DNA of 64,000 nucleotides, from positions 38,746-102,745 of IMG/VR virus record IMGVR_UViG_3300009181_000042; one strand, 5' to 3'. This DNA comes from a virus. The translations under genes and the position numbers were made by a program. Position 1 is the stretch's first letter; every line of letters starts with the position of its first letter. Positions 9,028 to 17,700 of this stretch are shown one piece after another. Below the pieces are notes generated by a model. That model saw nothing but the letters and a program-made list of their open reading frames with translations, had not been told where the DNA came from and made no database searches.

Positions 9028-9714
9028 TTATCGCGGTGCAAATTCCTGTTGCAGCTTGATGTTGTCAAAGAACTCTTTCTTGGTGCTTTGATCTTCATAA
9101 AACACGCCCTTGAGCACAGTGGTCTGTGTCAAACTGCTGTGTGCCATGATGCCTCGGTTCTCGCAGCATCCATGGGTTGCTTGGATATACACACCCACAT
9201 TCACAGTGCCTGTGGCTGTGATGATCTCTCGAGCAATGTCATTGCACAGTTCTTCTTGCAGTGTGCCACGACGAGCGCACCACTGTGCGATACGAGTGTA
9301 CTTGCTGAGACCAATCAGTTTGGTTGCTGCGATGATACCAATATATGCAACACCTGACACTGGTTGGTGATGATGGCTGCACATGCTGGTCAATTCGCTG
9401 CGCACGACCAACATGCCCTCGTAACGATCGTCACCGTCATTGGGAAAGCTGGTCGCTTTGGGGCGTGCGCTATAGCGCCCAGCCATCAGCTCTTTGACAT
9501 ACATCTTGGCAAGCCTGCGACCGGTATCGTTGCTGTTGGGATCGTTCTCACGATCGATCACCAAGCTGTCTAGCACAGCATCAAATCGATCATGCAGTTC
9601 ATTGATCAGCTCATCTATCTCACCGTCTTTGATGTATTCGCTGATGTTGTCGTTGGCATTGAATCTAGCGCCAGCTTTTAGGATACGCTGACGAATCTTG
9701 TCTGAAGTGCTCAC
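9028..9714 (-). CDS. folE: GTP cyclohydrolase I
   Basis: SMCSHHHQP, IGLSKYTRI, LQEEL, HGCCENRG. Confidence 0.95.
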   Translation of the reverse strand: MSTSDKIRQRILKAGARFNANDNISEYIKDGEIDELINELHDRFDAVLDSLVIDRENDPNSNDTGRRLAKMYVKELMAGRYSARPKATSFPNDGDDRYEGMLVVRSELTSMCSHHHQPVSGVAYIGIIAATKLIGLSKYTRIAQWCARRGTLQEELCNDIAREIITATGTVNVGVYIQATHGCCENRGIMAHSSLTQTTVLKGVFYEDQSTKKEFFDNIKLQQEFAPR

Positions 9715-9720
9715 TGTGGT

Positions 9721-9746
9721 CTCCGATGTTAACGCAGTGGATTGCG
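9721..9746 (-). ncRNA. candidate mini-pseudoknot leader of folE
   Basis: CGCA-AUCCAC-UGCG-UUAACAUC-GGAG; loop UCC is complementary to GGA of the SD. Confidence 0.35.
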
Positions 9747-9785
9747 AATTGTTTCTATTGTACTTTATTTAGGCGGTAACTGCAA

Positions 9786-10406
9786 CTAGTCCTCAGCCCA
9801 ATCGTTATAACTTTCCCACGCTCGGCCATCGCGAAAATATTCTTGTACTGCTGGTACGAGTGTATCATTATGGCTTGCAGGGGTGTAGCTGTAGCTGCCA
9901 TATGCAGAATACCCAGACGGGACTGCTCCGTATATGGGATGCGTACCACCAACTGCGCCAACTGCGCCAACTGCGCCAACTGCTCCGGTTGCGCCAATTG
10001 TGTTGGATGATGTCTGAGGAACTGCTATACCAGTGCTGACTGCGATGATTCCGGTATTGGTGAGAATTGACGATGTGGGAGGAAACATCCCTGAGAGTTG
10101 ACCAAGGTCTACCGTAAGAGTATCTTCTTCCAGATCGTTCCAAAGATCAGTAACTGTGTCATCTCCGATTGAAAGATTAGCCATCACAGGATCACTGCCG
10201 TCGTCAATCATCTTGGTCATGATCTTGCGCATGCTTTGAAGCTCGTGGGTCATACGAGCCCGGCTTTCCTGCAGTGCTTCGCGCTGCTTGACATACGCTG
10301 CACGCACTGCTTCTTGGTCTTGCTCATTTTGCACAAGCTTGGACTTCAACCGGCGATAGCGATTGAAGTAGCTGTCCATGGCTTCCAAGCGTTCTGTGTC
10401 GTTCAT
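9786..10406 (-). CDS. hypothetical protein, N-terminal coiled coil and (GAV)n low-complexity tail
   Basis: ATGA-coupled start at 10406; 9-bp tandem repeat near 9949-9985. Confidence 0.7.
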   Translation of the reverse strand: MNDTERLEAMDSYFNRYRRLKSKLVQNEQDQEAVRAAYVKQREALQESRARMTHELQSMRKIMTKMIDDGSDPVMANLSIGDDTVTDLWNDLEEDTLTVDLGQLSGMFPPTSSILTNTGIIAVSTGIAVPQTSSNTIGATGAVGAVGAVGAVGGTHPIYGAVPSGYSAYGSYSYTPASHNDTLVPAVQEYFRDGRAWESYNDWAED

Positions 10407-10927
10407 GCCTGCTCGTCCTGCCCATACGCTGACCATGGTGTAAATGTCTTGCGATCCATGAGATCATGCAGGCTGTGTACCCACACGCCCGGATTGCTAG
10501 CTTTGAACCCAGTGTCGTCAATCTTCACGCAGGTATTGTAGTTTCCCAATCCGGCATAGGGTATCTTCACGCTGATCTGCGGAATGAACTGTGCATGGCT
10601 CATGGCAACCATTTCACAGGCACCTAGCCATTGTGCGATATCAAAATCCAGTGTGACCCAATACCCATGATCTAGCAGTGCAGTGCAAAGCTTGTCCCAG
10701 CGATCCCAACCAGCTGCATCGTCATATGCAGTCACGTCAAAGCTCTGATTGGCACCCAGATAGATGTGCCTACAGACCTTGCGTTCAGCAACACTTACGA
10801 TGTGCTCAACTGGGTGTACACCCACCACAAACAGCGTGTGTGCACCGCGTTGCGGAGTGTTTTCTACTTCCATGCCGGTGAAGAACACCACGTCGTTTTT
10901 TATACCGTCAACATAATCTCGTTCCAT
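10403..10927 (-). CDS. hypothetical protein translationally coupled to the dpdA-like gene
   Basis: TGATG overlap; alternating beta/alpha pattern (TLFVVG, HIYLGANQSF, WVTLDFD). Confidence 0.8.
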   Translation of the reverse strand: MERDYVDGIKNDVVFFTGMEVENTPQRGAHTLFVVGVHPVEHIVSVAERKVCRHIYLGANQSFDVTAYDDAAGWDRWDKLCTALLDHGYWVTLDFDIAQWLGACEMVAMSHAQFIPQISVKIPYAGLGNYNTCVKIDDTGFKASNPGVWVHSLHDLMDRKTFTPWSAYGQDEQA

Positions 10928-12588
10928 CACATGTCCTCTACTAACATTGAAACATCATTGTTGGCATCCATGCCAGTTATACTTTGTAACATCTTCTCAT
11001 GCTTCATGATTAGATCCATAGGACGTTCGCTAGTGAATATATCATCAACTAGGTCCTTGAATTCTAATAGGTCGCGTGTGAGATATTCTTTGGCTTCGCT
11101 AATAGGCAAGTCCTGACAACGGTTAGCTGCTTGTATAGCGTTGACATGCAGTTCTGTGTTGTGATTCATTGCCAACAAGTAGCTGAAACCATCCATGCTG
11201 CTGGGCCACTTTTCTTGATACTGTCCCAGCGAGTTAGCAAACTGATTGGTGCCAAGATCAAACAGCCCGCCATTCTCATGGCTGTGGATTTGGTATTCCT
11301 TGTATGCTTTGGTCCACTTGAATGGATCGTTAGCTTTGCCTTCTGGCGTGCTTGCCCAGTATCCGCAGTCGATCTCTTTTTTAGTAAATGCAATCTTCTT
11401 GCTTTCGAGATCATCATATCCGCGCACACAGATGTCGCCTACACTCACTCGATCGCCAATACGGCTGCGCACCGGAACCATCTTCTTAGGTAAGTTAGCA
11501 GCCATCCAATCGTTTAGTAGTTGCGGATTGTTCTTGAGCTCTTTACGATCTACAATAGGCCCGCCTTTGAAGCTGACATTCTCTGAACTAAGCTCGTGTC
11601 CATAATACATTTGTCCTTTGGCAGTCATCACAAACGGGCTTGCTGCGTCAAAGCTGATGGTTAGCTGAGGGTCAACATGCTTGCGCAGTGCACGTTGCAC
11701 TGATGTTAGTGCGCAGCCTGCTTTGATCTTGCCGTTACCCAGATAGTGCAACCACTCTCGACCTGCTAGATAGTTTTCATCGCGCATGATGATCAAGCGA
11801 CGCAGGTTGATGGTAAAGTTTGATGCCTGCACGTTAGAGAACGCCCAGCTTTCAAACGGCAAGTCTTTGGTTGCATCCCACCATACATCGCCTTCTTCCA
11901 TGTTACGACCCTGCAACACGTTGAGGAACTTGGTAGCACCCTCTTTGCGATGCTTGATGAAGAAGTGGTGATTGTCCAAGCTACCAGTCAAGCAGTCATT
12001 AAAGCTCTTGAGACTGGGATGCAAGCTGGCACCAGTGACTGGATCTAATCCAAACTTAACCAGCGCATACGTGGGCCAATCCAACACCATGCTGTAGTCT
12101 GCTGTGGCTTCTAGCCAGCGCAGCAGCTTCATGCGCACATCGTCTTTGTCGCTTTGATGTTCTTCTGCAGTTTGCTTGGCTTTAGCATGCCATGGATACT
12201 TGAGCACGCCTGTGGCTGCTTGGAACCCACCGCTGTCGCCCACCATCACAGTGTTAGCACGATTGCGCTGCTGTACCATGCGTTCTTGTACCCAGCTCTC
12301 AGCTGGGTCAAGTATAGCATGTCCTGCCGAATACAGTGCCACGGGATAGTAAAACAAGCTATTAGCAGGATCAAGAAAGTCCAGGTCTTTGAGGCCCTGT
12401 GGCAATCCTGCTGGCATCTTGTCACGCATGTTATACTGTACCATGCTTACGATCTTAGCATAGATCATGCTAATGCTCGGCAAGAACAGTGCATAATCGC
12501 TTTGTGTCGCTGCCATGTTGCGCACTTCTGGATTGAACTTGATGTGATCAGTATCGAAACTGAACCGCTTGAAATCTGGATTTATCAT
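10927..12588 (-). CDS. dpdA: TGT-fold transglycosylase, DpdA-like (inserts a 7-deazaguanine derivative into DNA)
   Basis: TGT motifs in order: GDSGGFQ, MVLDWP, NVLQG, LHYLGNG, ISFDAAS (catalytic Asp). Adjacent to folE/queD/queE. The subfamily cannot be assigned by eye. Confidence 0.8.
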   Translation of the reverse strand: MINPDFKRFSFDTDHIKFNPEVRNMAATQSDYALFLPSISMIYAKIVSMVQYNMRDKMPAGLPQGLKDLDFLDPANSLFYYPVALYSAGHAILDPAESWVQERMVQQRNRANTVMVGDSGGFQAATGVLKYPWHAKAKQTAEEHQSDKDDVRMKLLRWLEATADYSMVLDWPTYALVKFGLDPVTGASLHPSLKSFNDCLTGSLDNHHFFIKHRKEGATKFLNVLQGRNMEEGDVWWDATKDLPFESWAFSNVQASNFTINLRRLIIMRDENYLAGREWLHYLGNGKIKAGCALTSVQRALRKHVDPQLTISFDAASPFVMTAKGQMYYGHELSSENVSFKGGPIVDRKELKNNPQLLNDWMAANLPKKMVPVRSRIGDRVSVGDICVRGYDDLESKKIAFTKKEIDCGYWASTPEGKANDPFKWTKAYKEYQIHSHENGGLFDLGTNQFANSLGQYQEKWPSSMDGFSYLLAMNHNTELHVNAIQAANRCQDLPISEAKEYLTRDLLEFKDLVDDIFTSERPMDLIMKHEKMLQSITGMDANNDVSMLVEDM

Positions 12589-12593
12589 ATAAC

Positions 12594-12622
12594 AGTATGG
12601 CCTATGGCTGTGATCTTGTCAA
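12594..12622 (-). promoter_or_regulatory. sigma70-like promoter giving a probably leaderless dpdA mRNA
   Basis: TTGACA-N17-CATACT-N5-ATG, no SD. Confidence 0.6.
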
Positions 12623-13713
12623 GCATGAGTCAGCGCTTGTTTCAATGCGGTTGCGTTAAAGAACTTGTTACCAACCTGCTCGGCTTCGGCAAGTGCATGT
12701 GCTGCTAGGCTATTGCGCGACATCGCACTGCGAATGTGTGCAACAATCTTGTCTTTGTTAGCTTGATAGCTGTCCCAGTTCATGGTCCATTCGCTTGGAT
12801 AGCATTCCGACCACATCTCAGTGTAGCTCAGGCGATCTGGTACCATTGGATACGTGCCAACCAGCGCAGCTTCATACATGCTGATACCCAGTGTTTCTTG
12901 CAAGTTAGCACTGAATGCGATCTTGCTTTCGGCCAAGTGCTTGTGATACTCATTCTTGCTGAGTTTCTGATCCTGTGCTATGAACCACTCATACTCTGGC
13001 ATCGTCGCTGCTAGATCCTTGAATATCTCCAGTTGCTTCTCTGGTGCCAAGCGATGCGGGAATATGATCTTGTCCTGCTTGGCTGTGCTAGCAAATGGTG
13101 CCAGCAATGGTGCCATGTATTCCATGGGCCACCCAGTCAGCTTGAGACGATTGATCTCACTGTCCAAACACCCAGTGATGAACTCTTCGGTTTCGTCTTC
13201 AGAAAATAGAGTATCTACACCCAGTAGTTCGCGCAAGAACAAGTTGCTGTGGAATCGTGTGGCAAACCAATTGGTATCATAGGTATAGAACATGCTGGAT
13301 TCTGCATTGCGTACCCAAGGCTTATCGCCAACTAGCCGTCCCAAGAAGTCTTGCGGGTCATAGCTGCCAGCATGCCAAAGACCGTGTATCTCGATCTTTT
13401 TGCCAAGCAATTCAGCCATGTAGCGCAGCTGTATCACAGTAGGATTCCACGCATCAGTGTAGAGGAATTTGTCGCCGTCGTGTATGAGATTCTCACGAAA
13501 CAGCTGTGCGATGCTCATCAGCTGGCTGCTCTTGTAGATGTTTGTAGCACCAAAATCTAAGAACGCACCCGGTGTTGGTGTTGCAGGAACATTGTCCCCT
13601 TCGATGATGGCTACATCCGAGCCAACTGCGTCTAGCAGTTCGGGAATGTGTTCATACCACTGGCGTGTGTAGCGAGTGTCAATTGGTTCGATAGGGACGA
13701 TGTATATGGTCAT
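12619..13713 (-). CDS. GT-B glycosyltransferase (GT4-like)
   Basis: FPHRLAPEKQ and ETLGISMYE (Ex7E) motifs; ATGA-coupled start (MTIYIVPIEP). Confidence 0.8.
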   Translation of the reverse strand: MTIYIVPIEPIDTRYTRQWYEHIPELLDAVGSDVAIIEGDNVPATPTPGAFLDFGATNIYKSSQLMSIAQLFRENLIHDGDKFLYTDAWNPTVIQLRYMAELLGKKIEIHGLWHAGSYDPQDFLGRLVGDKPWVRNAESSMFYTYDTNWFATRFHSNLFLRELLGVDTLFSEDETEEFITGCLDSEINRLKLTGWPMEYMAPLLAPFASTAKQDKIIFPHRLAPEKQLEIFKDLAATMPEYEWFIAQDQKLSKNEYHKHLAESKIAFSANLQETLGISMYEAALVGTYPMVPDRLSYTEMWSECYPSEWTMNWDSYQANKDKIVAHIRSAMSRNSLAAHALAEAEQVGNKFFNATALKQALTHA

Positions 13714-14267
13714 TTTGGCTCCAGTGTCACGTTTAACTGTTCTAGTATCTCTAGGTAATGCTGCTCGCCAGCCGACACTTGCTCTAGCCAAGCTTGTCCG
13801 GCAGCAGCATCTGCATTATCGCTTATGTACTTGTAAACTTCAACTTCAATGTCTGCTGCTATAGCTGCTCGGACCACGCTGTATGCTTCCATCTCTACGA
13901 TATCGCAAGGTGCACGCAGCTTGTGTGGTTCAGTGACAAACAAATCACCACTGGCACAGATCTTGCCGTCTCCGCCTAGGTCGATGAAGCTAAGCTCATC
14001 TGCGAGATTCTCACAGGGTTGCAGTCCGATTGGTGTGTGGTTCATGTCGTGTTGGAAGAACTTGCTGCAGCGATAGATACCACTGCTCACTGTTATGCCG
14101 CCCGCAGTACCGAGATTGATCACACGTATGGGATCATGCAAGCTGATCAACCGCGACGTGTTGACGGCGCTGGCAACTTTGCCAACGCCGATAGCAAACA
14201 CGTTATCGTAGTTCCTTATGAGATTAGGCGCTTCGCTGGGCAGTGCCAGCAGTACCAGATCTCTCAT
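13710..14267 (-). CDS. MTA/SAH nucleosidase-like protein (PNP_UDP_1 family)
   Basis: ALPSE, GVGKVASA, VINLGTAGG, SGDLFV, VEMEAY, KYISDNAD. Confidence 0.85.
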   Translation of the reverse strand: MRDLVLLALPSEAPNLIRNYDNVFAIGVGKVASAVNTSRLISLHDPIRVINLGTAGGITVSSGIYRCSKFFQHDMNHTPIGLQPCENLADELSFIDLGGDGKICASGDLFVTEPHKLRAPCDIVEMEAYSVVRAAIAADIEVEVYKYISDNADAAAGQAWLEQVSAGEQHYLEILEQLNVTLEPK

Positions 14268-14650
14268 CAGACTTTCCAGCGCAGAAATGCACCGTTTTCG
14301 TCATCTTCGCTGACTTGGATCCAAACTTCTCGGCCTGGATAGCGTGCGGCAATCTGCTCGTACAGTGCTTCGCTGATCATCTCGCAGCTGCGATAGTTCA
14401 GTTCTAGTGTCTTTTCTGCATACAGCTTTTCTAGCCAACGCTTGAATTGGATGAACTCGATGTCGCGATCATTGTGTGTGACTGAGATCCATACTTGGAA
14501 GTGGAAGATGTGCCTGTGTGGATAGCCTAGGAAACTGACATCATACTCGTCGCCAGTAGCCAGCGCAGGATCAGTCAGCGCTGCTGGGTACTTGTGGATG
14601 CCTTCTTTATGGAATTTAACCCATATCATGCGCGAAGTTGGATCTGTCAT
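14267..14650 (-). CDS. T-fold QueD paralogue, DpdL-like (putative CDG decarboxylase)
   Basis: LGYPHRHIF matches the LxxxHRHxF signature I recall for DpdL; SCEMISE and VSEDDENG fit a QueD-like T-fold. GGAG SD. Confidence 0.7.
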   Translation of the reverse strand: MTDPTSRMIWVKFHKEGIHKYPAALTDPALATGDEYDVSFLGYPHRHIFHFQVWISVTHNDRDIEFIQFKRWLEKLYAEKTLELNYRSCEMISEALYEQIAARYPGREVWIQVSEDDENGAFLRWKV

Positions 14651-14673
14651 TATCATTCTCCATTTGATGAACA

Positions 14674-14702
14674 ATAATAACACAGTCTGGCGATCTAATC
14701 AA
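14674..14702 (-). promoter_or_regulatory. sigma70-like promoter heading the deazaguanine operon
   Basis: TTGATT-N17-TATTAT with TGn. Confidence 0.5.
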
Positions 14703-14706
14703 GTGG

Positions 14707-17700
14707 TCAAGTGTCTATAGCTGTTCTCACGCTCTTGATTATCATAGTAGCACTGGTATTGGGAGTGAACAGCAGTTCAACCATGTTGCTGACTATGTCG
14801 GCTTGAAACAGTCCCAAGCTTTGGTTGGTATAGATGTCGCCGTATTCAGTCAAGTACACATCGGTGCCATCATGTATCAGCATGACCTGTGTGGCTTGGT
14901 AATAGCTATTGGTTGTATCAGTTACCTGTACCATGTAATGCGCAGTCCTAAATGTTGCTGCAGGCCACGCATCAACAACTTGCTGGAACGTGCTGGTACT
15001 AGTATGCGCATTACCGTCAATTACCCAGGTGTTGCCGCTCACATACCCATTGCTCTGTAGCACCTGTACATTAGCAAATCCGCGTATGTTCAAGCTAGCG
15101 CCATTGACAGCGCCGTTGCTTTCAATTCGGCTACCAGTGATCGTGCTGTTAGCTTGTATCGTAGTATTGCTAGTGACAGTGTTGGCAAGCAGGCTAGTGC
15201 CGGCTTGTATCGTAGTATTGCTAGTGACAGTGTTAGCAAGCAAGCTAGTGCCAGCTTGTATTGTGGTATTGCTGGTGACAGTGTTAGCAAACAGATCGCT
15301 GCTAGCTTGTATGGTAGCGTTGCTGAACAAGCTTGCTGCAGTGATAGCATTGCTGGCTATAACATAGCTAAACTGCGCACTGTTGTTAACAACAATATTG
15401 CCTCCGACAAAGAGGTTGCCTATGACGCCTACGCCACCGGCTACAGTCAGTGCACCAGTGGTGCTACTGGTTGCAGTGTTGCTACCAAATATGTTGATGT
15501 TGCCAGTGAAGTTGCTGAGTTGTCCGCCAACATTGATGTTGCCATCTGTGCCTATACCGCCTAGGGATACTACGCCGCCGCTGTTAGTATCTGTGCTGAT
15601 GCTTTGTGCGTTTCCAAGCCAGATGTTGCCAAACGTTGCACCGCCATATATGATACCTGGGTACAGCGTGATCTCGTTGCTGACATTGAGTTCACCCGGT
15701 GCTACGTTGGTCACATATATCAATCGACCAGTGCTGTTGTCATAGCCCATGAACGCATGATTGAATCCAGCAGTTTCGCCGTTGTACGCCGGATTGTGGT
15801 AGTAATCCATCAACACGCCGCGATCATACCCGTCGTCAACAACCAGCGGTGTTCCACCTGTGCCAATACCAAGTTCGATCACAGGATCAACGATGGTCAA
15901 GCTCTGCACGTTGATAACAGTGGTGTTACCAGACAGCGTTAGGTTACCAGTTACCGTTAAGTTACCGGATATCGTGCTGTCGCCTACAACATCAATACCG
16001 CCGCTGGTGATATAGCTGCGAGTGTTAGCAGTGAAGTTGTTGAATACTGCAGCACCATTGCTCTGTATGGTGGTATTGCTGGTCAAGCTGTCTACCACTA
16101 CAGCACCACTTGTATTCAGTGTAGCACCGAATATGTTGGTATTGCTGATCAGTTCATTTACGGTAGCAGTGCCGCCACTCTGTATGGTACCATTGCTGCT
16201 GATGCTAGCAAATGTTGCTGCACCGCTGCTGGTTATGGTATCTGTGCTGATCACCGTGTTCACAGTGAGGCTGCTTGCTTGTGCTGCACCGGTGCTGTTA
16301 AATGTAACAGTAGTGATGTTGGTATTGCTGATCAGATCATTGACAGTGGCAATGCCTGCACTTTGTATGGTGCCATTGCTGGTCAACGAGCCGGTTACTA
16401 TCTCGCCTGTAGCAGTGATAGCGCTAAATGTAGCAAGCCCGCCGACATCAAATACGCCGCCAACGTTTAGGTTGCCACCGATACCCACCCCACCTGCTAC
16501 AGTGAGTGCACCAGTAGCAGTTGATATGCTAGGTGTGGTCTGGCCAATCACCAATCCTTGTCCGTAAACCAATCGAGCCGCTTCGTTGCCAGGACTATCG
16601 CCACCTTGAGTAAACACGATGTCGTTGTTGGCCAGCGTGCCCAGTATGAGATTACCGCCACCTGTTACTGTGTTGCCGGCTACGTACAAGTATCCGTCGT
16701 TAGCACGGTCTACTAAACCCGGTGCGAACGTGCTGCTGTTGATACCCATGTTGATATAGGTATCTGTGCTATTACCATTGTCAGCTGTGACCACGATATC
16801 GCCGCTGGCAGCAGTTCCTGGATTGATGTTCTGCAGGTTAAGCTGGGCAAAATCATCAACGTTAGCACTGAGCTGTAACACAGTGTTAGGTTGATAAACA
16901 TATCCAGAGATTATGCCACCATACAGTGCACCGAATCCATAGGTGTCGCCATAGAACACACCGCTATTACCAGTTATCTGGTTAACGTTGCCAGTAAGCG
17001 TGATGTTACCAGTGATGTTTAGATTACCAACTATGCCAACGCCGCCGTATACAGTCAGTGCTCCGTTCAACGGCGACGTGCTTTGCACGTTGCTGTTGAT
17101 GAACACGCTGCTTACGCCCAGGGTTGTGTTGCCGGTGTGCCAAATTAAGCTACCACTGTTGCCGCTAAACGTGTTGGCTGCGCCAGCAAACTGTATGGTA
17201 CCCTGTGTACCATAGCTTGGCGTGTAGAATGCAGCAGTTTCTTGGAACGTACCGTCTGGGAACAGTATACCGCTGGTAGTGGACGCAGTGTTGCCAATAT
17301 GTATGTTGCCGTAGATATCAAGTGGGTATTGGACAGTGGCAGTGCCAATACCCACGTTAACGTTTGCAATCAGCTGTCGTGCATTTATGTAAGTGCCAGC
17401 AGTCACGCTGGTATTGCTTACGATCACGTTGAATTCAGTGATGTTGCTAACGATTAGATTGCTAGCAGTTATAGTAGCATTGGCAAAGATGTCCTGCGCT
17501 ATTACTGTGTTGCGTATGTTCAGGCTTTGACCGTTGATCGCACCATTGCTTTCAAAGCTGCTACCAGTGATAGTGCCATTAGCCTGTATCGTAACATTGC
17601 TGGTTATTGTTCTAGCTACCAGGTCGTTGGCAACAGTAACATCGTTAGCAGTTATAGCTGCGTTAACTACCAATGCATTCAGAGTAGCAGTCCCGATACC

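Noticed and set aside
10927-12588. Canonical tRNA-guanine transglycosylase for queuosine
   Set aside because: Much longer and more divergent than bacterial Tgt, with no CxCxxC zinc motif and no queA/queF/queC nearby. A DNA-acting enzyme fits better, though the substrate is unproven.
15152-15304. CRISPR-like array
   Set aside because: Contiguous in-frame 51-bp coding repeats with no unique spacers and no cas genes.
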